Shown: one piece after another, positions 1 to 7,678 of the stretch
Position numbering within the stretch: position 1 is the stretch's first letter
How the letters are laid out: every line of letters starts with the position of its first letter
Source: a bacterium
GTDB lineage: Bacteria; JADJOY01
Direction of reading: 5' to 3'
Assembly (NCBI GenBank): GCA_046331705.1
Contig: JAXLQJ010000022.1
Location: forward strand, 1-64,000
DNA length: 64,000 bases
The notes under the pieces: model-generated
Databases searched by the model: none
What the model was told of the DNA's origin: nothing
What the model saw: the letters and a program-made list of their open reading frames with translations, nothing else
Made by a program: the position numbers and the translations under genes

Positions 1-852
1 CTCGCCGGGCCGGCCGTCGCCGAAATCCTGCGTGCCGCGGATGAAGAGCACCGACGCCGGCGGCGTCGGCGGCGCTCCCGTGCCGCCCGCGATGGGGATG
101 AGCACTTGCGCGATGTCGCCGAGCAGGCTCGCGGCGAATCCGCCCGCACTGTGACCGGTGGCGCCCTGGCGCGAGGTGTCGACGTGCCCCGCGAGGAACG
201 CGATGTCGCCCGTCGGGTTCTGGAACTCGGCGAACACCCGCCGCGCATCGCCCACCTGATCGGCCGGCTGGTTCTGGAAGGTCACCAGGTCCTTGAACTC
301 GATGCCGGGATGGTCGGACGCGACCACCACGAAGCCGCGGCTCGCCCAGTGGGTGGCGTTCTCGAGATTCTGGGTGCGAAAGCCCGCGGTGCCGTGGATG
401 AAGTCCACGATCGGATACGGCCCGCTCGCGGTGTCGAGCGGCAGGTCGCGATAGCACGCGCACACCTGCGGCGGGCTCTCGGCATCGCTGACCTTGGCGC
501 GATCGGCCTCGGGGATGTGATCGCGGACGTCGTAGATCACCGGATCTCGCCCCTGCTCGCTGCCGGGCCGCGCCGGGTACCAGACCTCGGTGCGAATGCC
601 GCCGAGCGTCGTCGTGAGCGCGCCGACCGGCCACGGCCCCGGCTGACCCGGGTCCTTGGGACGCGCGCGCAGCACCTGGCCGTCGCAGCTCTCGACGATG
701 TTGGCGCTGCCCGAATCCGCGCACCCGCTGGCGGAAAGCCACGCCAGCGCGATGAGCGTCGCGGCCACGCGCCAGGCCGCCGACGCTGGCGCCGAGACAC
801 GAGTGCTGCAGCGTGGACGGGCTCGCCGTGAACGAAAGAGCATCGCGAACAT
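1..852 (-). CDS. Alpha/beta-hydrolase lipoprotein (chlorophyllase/PAF-acetylhydrolase/dienelactone-hydrolase-like), truncated by window edge
   Basis: Not in the ORF track because it has no stop in the window. Manual translation from ATG 852 gives lipobox-like LSASGC, GPWPVG..EVWYPA, PIVDFIHGTAG, HWASRGFVVVASDHPG and nucleophile elbow GHSAGG. Confidence 0.8.
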   Translation of the reverse strand, partial: MFAMLFRSRRARPRCSTRVSAPASAAWRVAATLIALAWLSASGCADSGSANIVESCDGQVLRARPKDPGQPGPWPVGALTTTLGGIRTEVWYPARPGSEQGRDPVIYDVRDHIPEADRAKVSDAESPPQVCACYRDLPLDTASGPYPIVDFIHGTAGFRTQNLENATHWASRGFVVVASDHPGIEFKDLVTFQNQPADQVGDARRVFAEFQNPTGDIAFLAGHVDTSRQGATGHSAGGFAASLLGDIAQVLIPIAGGTGAPPTPPASVLFIRGTQDFGDGRPGE

Positions 853-1119
853 GGCGCCTCCTGACGACCTCGAATGCCCGCTCCGCGCCGTGCCGCACGA
901 AACGAAGGATGTGGAACGCGCCGAAATGTAGCCGAGGCTCCCGGTCGGCATGGAAGAGGCCGACGTGTCGTGCCCACGGAGATTCGGAGATCGGCATCGA
1001 CACGGAGCCGCGGGACTCTCGGTGGCGGGGATTCGGCACGATCGAGAATCGCCGCACGCGGGCCTTGCGCTCGGCAACGGCGAGGAGTGAGGATGAAGGG
1101 ACCCGCAGCAAGAACACGT

Positions 1120-1479
1120 ATGAAGACCCGTCCACTCACTCGCAAAGCCTTCCTGCGGATCCTCGCCGTGCTGGGGCTCTCAGGCGCGACGATGGGTGCC
1201 ACCGGTTGCGGCAGCAGCGGCGGCGATGGCGGCGGTGGACCACCCCCGCCGGGCAACGAGCGCGTCCAGGTCTTCAAGCTGTCGAGCCGTGGTCACCGCG
1301 GCTGCACCGCCTGCAAGAACCACGCACGCTTCAAGCTGTTTCAGAGCGCTGCAGCGGCGGACGCCCACCGCGCGCATGCAGGCTGCGACTGCTCGATCAA
1401 GGTCGTGGAGGTTTCCGCGACGGACGCGAGCAACTACTTCGCCGGCGGGCCGGTTTACGATCGGCGCTCGAGCGGCTGA
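1120..1479 (+). CDS. Small exported lipoprotein with Cys/His metal-binding motif
   Basis: MKTRPLTRKAFLRILAVLG (Tat-like), lipobox-like ATGC, Gly/Pro linker, then CTAC...HAGCDC. Confidence 0.65.
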   Translation: MKTRPLTRKAFLRILAVLGLSGATMGATGCGSSGGDGGGGPPPPGNERVQVFKLSSRGHRGCTACKNHARFKLFQSAAAADAHRAHAGCDCSIKVVEVSATDASNYFAGGPVYDRRSSG

Positions 1480-1492
1480 CGGGAACGAGGAG

Positions 1493-1652
1493 GGGACAGA
1501 GCGATTCGAACGTTCGGGAAAGGGACGGCGTCACCACCATTTGATTACGCCGAGGGGATCGGCTTCGTGACCTGATCCCAAGCCTGCCGCTGCTCGAGAC
1601 TCATACTCTCACTTCGTCAGGCTCCCTTCCCCGAGCGTTCGAGCCCTGTCTC
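1493..1652. ncRNA. Putative structured RNA / palindromic element (four-way junction)
   Basis: Closing stem 1506-1525/1623-1642 plus 1495-1499/1646-1650 encloses three hairpins (1526-1552, 1555-1579, 1581-1623) in a convergent intergenic gap. Confidence 0.5.
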
Positions 1653-1693
1653 ACCTGCGCGCGCCAGCGCGTTGCCGCGGCGCGCGCTCTCGT

Positions 1694-3217
1694 TCACTCC
1701 GCGGCTTCGAACGCGCCACTGTCGCACCCGGAAGCCGGACGCGCGACGCCCCGCTGGTCGATGGGCTCGCAGCTCGCGGCCCGGCCATGGCCGGCAGCCG
1801 CGCTCCCCGCGGCGATCGCCTGCGTCTGCGTGGGGCCGCCGTTCGCCGCGAGCGCCCCGAGACCCACGGCCGCGGCGCTGGCGCCCACGATGTCGTCCGC
1901 CTCGGCGAAGCCGCAGGTATCGCCTGGGCTCTCGACGTTCCCGCCCAGCGAAGCGCCGGCGACGCCGGAGCAGGTGGCGGCCAGGATGCTGTTGGCGAGG
2001 GTGGTCGCGCCCGAGGCCGCGATCGCCGCGCCGCCCGCGTTCTCGGAGAGCGTCGCGTGCGTGAGCGCGAGCGCGTCGCTGCTGACGATCGCACCGCCGC
2101 TCGAGCCACCCGCGGCGCCGCCGTTCGCGCCGCCAGCCCCGCCCTGCGACGTGTTGCCGGTGATCGTCGCGTTGACCACGGTCGTCGCTGCCGCAACGGC
2201 GATCGCGCCGCCCGCGCCATCACCCGCGCGCCCTCCGGCGATGTTGTACGGGGTCGCAAATCCGTTGCCGCCGCGCCCGCCGAGCGCCGCGTTCGCGGAG
2301 AACGTCGAGCGCGCCACGGCGAGCGTTCCCAACGCGCGCACGCCGCCGCCGACGCCGTTTCCGCCCGCGGAAACGAAGATGTAGCCGGGGATTCCGCCCG
2401 GATTGCCGTCGATGCCCGCGCCACCTCGGGCCTGGTTCCCCGCCACCGTGGTGTCGGTGACCTCGACCGGCCCGGAGGCGAAGATCCCGCCGCCTCGGCC
2501 CTCCGCCGCCCCGACCACGAAACAGCTCAGGCTCAAGCAATCCACGCCCCCTGCGCCACCCAGCGCGAGGTTGTCGGTGACCTCGCTCGCCACCAGCGTG
2601 AGGGAGCCCGAGCTCGCGATACCGCCGCCCTCGGCGTGGGTTCCCGTGGGGGAGAAGAGCGAGTTCCGCGCGGCGCGCGCTTCGTTCGCGGCGACCGTGA
2701 CGCGCGTGAGGGTGAGCGCGCCAGCGTTTCGAATGCCGCCGCCGGCGACGAGCTCGCCCACGGCACCCGTCACGTGACCACCGCGAATCGTGAGGTCGGA
2801 AGCCGACGCCGTGACTCCCGCCGCCACGTCGAGCACGCGATCGCCGATCGCGCTGGCATCGATGCTCGTCGTGGCCGCGCCGGCGCCGACCAAGCTCACG
2901 TCCTCGAGCACGTCGAGGTCGCCGACGTCGTCGCCGCCGCCGGCGAGCGTGAGCGCGTACGTGCCCGCAGGAAGCGCGATCACGTCGGCCCCGGGCTGGC
3001 CGGCGATGCAGGCATCGACCGCCACGTTGGTGTTGGCAGCCACCAGCGCCTCCCGCAGCGTGCAGTTGCCATCGGGGGCGCTCGCCGTGTTCTCGTCCAA
3101 GAGGCTCGTCACCGTGATGGTGCGGTCGCAGGCCAGGCTCGTGGCGAGCAGCAGGAGGCCGCCCAGCGAGGCGAAGCGAGTGGCGGTCGACCGACGCGAT
3201 GCGCTCGAAGCTCGCAC
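1694..3217 (-). CDS. CSLREA-domain / choice-of-anchor-Q-like Gly-rich beta-helix surface lipoprotein
   Basis: Lipobox SLAC, GNCTLREAL motif, repeated N-x-A-x-GG and GGGI units, C-terminal LGALAANGGPTQT...DQRG..R....CDSGAFE. Confidence 0.85.
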   Translation of the reverse strand: MRASSASRRSTATRFASLGGLLLLATSLACDRTITVTSLLDENTASAPDGNCTLREALVAANTNVAVDACIAGQPGADVIALPAGTYALTLAGGGDDVGDLDVLEDVSLVGAGAATTSIDASAIGDRVLDVAAGVTASASDLTIRGGHVTGAVGELVAGGGIRNAGALTLTRVTVAANEARAARNSLFSPTGTHAEGGGIASSGSLTLVASEVTDNLALGGAGGVDCLSLSCFVVGAAEGRGGGIFASGPVEVTDTTVAGNQARGGAGIDGNPGGIPGYIFVSAGGNGVGGGVRALGTLAVARSTFSANAALGGRGGNGFATPYNIAGGRAGDGAGGAIAVAAATTVVNATITGNTSQGGAGGANGGAAGGSSGGAIVSSDALALTHATLSENAGGAAIAASGATTLANSILAATCSGVAGASLGGNVESPGDTCGFAEADDIVGASAAAVGLGALAANGGPTQTQAIAAGSAAAGHGRAASCEPIDQRGVARPASGCDSGAFEAAE

Positions 3218-3394
3218 GTGTTCTTCCTCGTTCGTTTGGGTTCGGCGGAAGCGGCCGTGGGACGGCGTCCGAGCCGCGGACGATCATCCTGACATCGGAA
3301 GCGGCGCGAACGCCACCGCGCGGGCGCCGCTCGCTCGATCCGCGCGGCCGGACCCGCGCCCGCCCCCGCTCGCTGGGGGCGCGCCACGCCGCGC

Positions 3395-4696
3395 TCAGCC
3401 GGCGCTGGCTTCCTCAGGCGAGTAGCCGACGCCGAAGTGCGTGTAGATCGGGCGCTCTTGGCCGTCGGCGGGGCGCCCGACGATTCCGTCCTGGCTACGC
3501 ACGTACATCGCGGCGGATCCGCCCTCGTCGCAAGCCATGACGTTGACGGCGCCGAACGCGGAGAGCAGCCGCCCGACGTCGCTCATGGTCATGCCGAGGC
3601 TGTAGCTCGCTTGGTCGCCGTCCACCTGCAGCAGGTAGAGCCGGTCCCCCGTCGCATCGAGCCCCATCGCCGTGCGAGCGCGCGGGATGTAGCCCTGCGC
3701 GCGCCGGGGCTGGCCATCGACGAGGAGATCCCAGCGCCCCCAGATGGTGTTGTACTTCTCGGGGGTCGGCTCGCGATCGACGATTGCCGCGGGGAAGTAC
3801 TTGCCGTGGTTGTGCGCGTCGAAGCTCAGGAAGGGCCGATCGGCGGAATCCTCGAGCAGGATCGGCTTGCCGCGCACGATCCAGTTGCCGGTCCATTCCT
3901 TGAGCTCGGCGTTCTCCGCGGGCGAGTCACCCGCTTCACCGTTGATCGCGACGACCGCGCCGGTTTCCTCGGCGAACTGCGAGGTCAGTCGCTTGGGCCC
4001 ACGTTCGGGCGTGATCAGGATCCGAATTCCCGGCGCCTTCAGATCCACCATCGCGAGGTAGGCGGCGGCGGGCGCGGTGCCACCGCGGGTGAGCCGGGCG
4101 ACCACGATCGGCGGCGCGACGCGATGGAAGGACGTGCGGAACCCCAGCAGCTGCTCGACGAGCGTGCTCGAGATCGTGCCGAAGTCGAGCAGCGGCGCCA
4201 CCGCGGCGCCCGACTTGACCGCCTTGATCTCGAAGGTCGCCGTGTCGAACTGGCGTTCGAGACTGCGCACGTCCGCCTGCAGCGCGAAATTCTTGAGGTC
4301 GAAGAGAAACACCAGCACGCACACGAGCACGATCGCCAGGCGGCGCCGCGCTGGTGCGCCGGCGGCGCCGCGCGGCCAGCGCCGAACGGCGTGAATCGCG
4401 CCGAGCACGATGAACGGCAGGAAGATGAGCGGCGCGACCGGCGCCGCCGGCGTGAACACCACCACCGCCGTCAGGACGCCGAAGAGAACGAAGCAGCCGA
4501 GCGCGATCCAGAGCCCTGGCCAACGCCAACGATAGCGAGACGCCAGGCGGGCGAAGAGGGTCGCGCCGCCGAGCACCGCGAGCCCAGCGACGGCCAGCAA
4601 CAACAGCAACACCGCCAGCGGGAGGTCGGCGATCTGCATCCACACGAGGTGGATGAAGAGGAAGTAGCTCTTGAGGAAGACCAACACGACACCCAC
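3395..4696 (-). CDS. Membrane-anchored phosphodiester glycosidase (NAGPA-like) family protein
   Basis: Several N-terminal TM helices, then AING, PRARTAMG, LYLLQVDG...S.GMT and DEGGS motifs resembling the NAGPA family. Confidence 0.7.
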   Translation of the reverse strand: MGVVLVFLKSYFLFIHLVWMQIADLPLAVLLLLLAVAGLAVLGGATLFARLASRYRWRWPGLWIALGCFVLFGVLTAVVVFTPAAPVAPLIFLPFIVLGAIHAVRRWPRGAAGAPARRRLAIVLVCVLVFLFDLKNFALQADVRSLERQFDTATFEIKAVKSGAAVAPLLDFGTISSTLVEQLLGFRTSFHRVAPPIVVARLTRGGTAPAAAYLAMVDLKAPGIRILITPERGPKRLTSQFAEETGAVVAINGEAGDSPAENAELKEWTGNWIVRGKPILLEDSADRPFLSFDAHNHGKYFPAAIVDREPTPEKYNTIWGRWDLLVDGQPRRAQGYIPRARTAMGLDATGDRLYLLQVDGDQASYSLGMTMSDVGRLLSAFGAVNVMACDEGGSAAMYVRSQDGIVGRPADGQERPIYTHFGVGYSPEEASAG

Positions 4697-4833
4697 GGTG
4701 AAGCCCTCGGTGAGGAGGTGTGGTCGAGTCTAGACGACGATTCGCGATTTGGATCGACCGCCCCCGAAAACGCAGGCGCGGGCTGTGTCGCTGCCGCGAG
4801 GCGCGCGCGCCGCCGCCAGCGCGAGGGTGCGGG

Positions 4834-5634
4834 TCAGGCGAGCGCGCGCAACCACACCTTGGAGCGCTCTTGCTCCTCGTCGCGGCCACGGCGCAGCGTC
4901 TTGTACTCCTTGCCGCGCGCCGTGAGCACCTCTTGCACGATGGTCCCGGGAAGGTCGGCGCGGATGGTCCTCATCACCGGCTCGTAGTCGAAGAACGTGC
5001 ACGAGAAGATGTCGAAGAAGGCGCGGTTCTCGGCCTCCAGCACGTGCAGGCTGACGTGACTCTCGGCGATCATCGTCATGGCGCTCAAGATCGGCCCGCG
5101 CGCGTCCGTGTGCTCCCGCACCACGTAGGGCCGCATGATCGGGGTCATGCCGATCCGCCGCGGCAGCGAGTCCATGAGCTCGAACATCGCGTCCATGGTC
5201 CGCGGCCCGCGGTAGTCGGCGACCTCCATCAGCACGTGCGGCCCGAAGTCGCTCTCCGGCGTGGTGCGCACCTCGCCGAACACGCGGTCCTTGCGCTCCG
5301 CGCTACGCACCGTGACGGTCGAGCAATGCAGCGCCGTCTGAAGCTGGAGCTCGAGCTTTCGCGCGTCGAACGGCACCAGGCTCAAGAGGTCCGCGAAGTA
5401 GCACTCGCGAAACGAGAACGTGTGGATCGTCATGTGCCCGCCGCGCAGGAAGAGGAAGGCGCTCACGCCGCAATCCTCGGGCACGACTCCGTTGTAGTAA
5501 GGGAGCAGGAAGCTCGGCATCACCGGCTGCAGCCCGAGCTGGGCCGGGAACTCTTCCAGGATCTCTTGCACCAGCTTGATGTCGTCGAACCGCGAGCGAT
5601 AGCCGCGAAAGCCGTCGATCATGAAGTGTTGCAT
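4834..5634 (-). CDS. Tandem two-domain S-adenosylmethionine decarboxylase (SpeD)-family protein
   Basis: C-terminal half has FGPH, IAESHVSLH and FFDIFSC. The N-terminal half is homologous but has RGGHMTIHTF in place of ESH. Confidence 0.8.
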   Translation of the reverse strand: MQHFMIDGFRGYRSRFDDIKLVQEILEEFPAQLGLQPVMPSFLLPYYNGVVPEDCGVSAFLFLRGGHMTIHTFSFRECYFADLLSLVPFDARKLELQLQTALHCSTVTVRSAERKDRVFGEVRTTPESDFGPHVLMEVADYRGPRTMDAMFELMDSLPRRIGMTPIMRPYVVREHTDARGPILSAMTMIAESHVSLHVLEAENRAFFDIFSCTFFDYEPVMRTIRADLPGTIVQEVLTARGKEYKTLRRGRDEEQERSKVWLRALA

Positions 5635-5709
5635 CGCGCCGCCCCCTCTCCGCCGGTCCGAGCCCGGCGCAAGCGGCGCAATGTATCAGCAGCGCATGGC
5701 GAGGCCGAC

Positions 5710-6312
5710 TCACGCTGCGCGAGTCGAAGACCGCGAAGCGCGACGATTCGCCTCGCGAGCGATGGCCGGCAAGAGGAGCCAGCGGATGGGAACGATGCCG
5801 AAGCGGGCCCAGCGCCAGTAGCGAAGAAATCGCTCGCGCGCCGCTGGGTCCGTGGCCACCACCCGCGTCTCGGTGGCGAGCAGGCTGCGGGAGGCCGCCA
5901 GCGGCACGACCTCCAGCGTCCAGGCGATCTTCACCTGACCCGGCTCGGAATAGCCGCGGAAGGCCGCGGGCGCGATCGGAACGAAGCAAACGTCGGGGAG
6001 CCATGGCTGGCAGTGCGCGCCCGCCACGAAGAGCCGCCCGGGAACCTCCGCGAGCGTTCCCCACCCCAACGCCGCCGCTTCCTCGAGCCAGCCCCGCGGC
6101 ACGCGAGCGCCGCCGCCGCGCGCGCCGAGAGCGATCTCGCGCAGGCGGAAGATCGCTCGAACCAAGCCGACCGATTGCATGTCGAACGTGGTCGCCGTTT
6201 CGTAGACCAGCGCCGCGGGAGCGTCCACCGCCACCTGGAACCGCTCGCGCGCGTCGAAGACGGGAACGAACGGCTCGAGCGGAGACGAAGCCTGCACGGC
6301 GGAAACCTGCAT
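5710..6312 (-). CDS. Conserved hypothetical protein (DUF2867-like)
   Basis: Motifs KIAWTL..., LATETRV.ATD..AR..F..YW; lies in a co-oriented gene run. Confidence 0.55.
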   Translation of the reverse strand: MQVSAVQASSPLEPFVPVFDARERFQVAVDAPAALVYETATTFDMQSVGLVRAIFRLREIALGARGGGARVPRGWLEEAAALGWGTLAEVPGRLFVAGAHCQPWLPDVCFVPIAPAAFRGYSEPGQVKIAWTLEVVPLAASRSLLATETRVVATDPAARERFLRYWRWARFGIVPIRWLLLPAIAREANRRASRSSTRAA

Positions 6313-6442
6313 GCCGAAGCGTCACACGCCGTACCCGGGCCTGGCCACCGCCCGCGGCAATCGCGGTCGCGCGACCCACCCGCGCAGGATCGCAGCGAGC
6401 GGATCGCAGTGGCGCATGGCTCGGGCTCCCCGCTCCGCGGGC

Positions 6443-6985
6443 TCAAACACCCGGAGGAATCTTCGTCCGCATCCGCCTTCGCCGATCCAGCCTGCGCCCG
6501 TCCACGACGAACGTGCCATCGCCGATGGCGTGGATGGTGCGCCGCTCCTTCCGCGAGCCATCCACGTACGCGGCGACGCCCTCGAGCACCACGATCGCGT
6601 GCTTCTTCACGATGTCGATCACCTTGCACTCGATGTTGGCCCAGCACTCCTCGATCAGCGGAGCCTTCACGTGTTTCGCCTTCGCGGGTGTGAGCCCGAA
6701 CTTCGCGAACTTGTCGGTGTTCGCTCCCGAGCACGTCCCCACCCCGACGACCCGATCGAGGAGATCGACGGTGGGGATCGCGATCACGCATTGCCGGGAC
6801 CTCGCGAGCGCGGCGTACGAGTGGTTCCAAGGTCCGGTGGTGATGGCGAACACCGGCGTGAAGTCCACGACCATCGTCCACGAGATGGTCATGACGTTGT
6901 CCTTCTCGCCATCGTTGGTGGTGACGAGAACCACGGGACCCGGCTCGATGAGCGTGAATGCCTGGCGGAGGGGAAGCCGCTTCAC
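6443..6985 (-). CDS. Flavin reductase-like (DIM6/NTAB, flavoredoxin) family protein
   Basis: PGPVVLVTT, NVMTISW, VGTCSG...DKF, APLIEEC.ANIECKV. Confidence 0.9.
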   Translation of the reverse strand: MKRLPLRQAFTLIEPGPVVLVTTNDGEKDNVMTISWTMVVDFTPVFAITTGPWNHSYAALARSRQCVIAIPTVDLLDRVVGVGTCSGANTDKFAKFGLTPAKAKHVKAPLIEECWANIECKVIDIVKKHAIVVLEGVAAYVDGSRKERRTIHAIGDGTFVVDGRRLDRRRRMRTKIPPGV

Positions 6986-7114
6986 GACGACACCACCTTT
7001 CCCGCGACCGGCGACGGCGCTCCCTCACGGGATCGTCGGGCCGCGCTCACGCGCTGCGCACCCCAGCCGCGCTGCTCGACGGTGCGGCTCGGCTGGGCTG
7101 CTCCGGTGTGCTGC

Positions 7115-7516
7115 TCAGCCGTGACCCGGCTCCCACTCCGGATACGTCGGAATCGCGCTCGCGTAGTCCAGCCAGGGCACCTCGTGCGACGCCCAGATCC
7201 GAAACCGCGGCGTGCCGCCGGGATCGTCGTCGAGCGTGGCGACCCGCAACACCAAGACATCGCGCCCATCTTTCCGCGCGACGAGCGGGGTGCCGCACCG
7301 CGAGCAGAACATCCGCGTCTTCCCGGGCGACGACTCGAAGCCCGCGAGCAGCTCCTCGCCCGCGAGCCAGCGAAAGTGCTCGCGCTTCACCATCGCTGCC
7401 GTGTTGAACGCCGCCGCGTGCGCCTTGCGACACGTCCGGCACGAACAGTGCGCGATGTCCGAGTCGAGCTGCGTGACCTCGTAGACGATTCCTCCGCACA
7501 GACAAGATCCCCGCAC
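7115..7516 (-). CDS. GFA / CENP-V family Zn-binding protein
   Basis: GTG start; GSCLCG, HCSCRTCRKAHAAAF, RMFCSRCGTPL. Confidence 0.9.
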   Translation of the reverse strand: MRGSCLCGGIVYEVTQLDSDIAHCSCRTCRKAHAAAFNTAAMVKREHFRWLAGEELLAGFESSPGKTRMFCSRCGTPLVARKDGRDVLVLRVATLDDDPGGTPRFRIWASHEVPWLDYASAIPTYPEWEPGHG

Positions 7517-7678
7517 GCTGCCTCCTTTCGCGTCCTTGCGACGCTGGGTTGAGCGGCCGTCGCGCCCCCCGGCGCGAGCCGCGTATCCAACACGCTCGCC
7601 CGCCTGCACGCTCCACCTTGGATCGAGCGGGTCGCGCGAGTTGCGCAGGCGACGTGGGGCTGACCACGAGCATGGCGG

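Noticed and set aside
945-960. GG-N10-GC sigma-54-like sequence
   Set aside because: The -12 element (AGGC) is poor, and such matches arise by chance in GC-rich DNA.
1303-1317. CTACK as an NrfA-type CXXCK heme site
   Set aside because: The protein is tiny, has no other heme motifs and has a Tat-like leader, whereas c-type cytochromes normally use Sec. A metal-thiolate site is more plausible.
1581-1623. Hammerhead ribozyme or SRP RNA identity for the structured element
   Set aside because: The minus strand has CTGACGA but no correctly placed GAAA, and has AGCAG but no CAGG/GNRA helix-8 arrangement.
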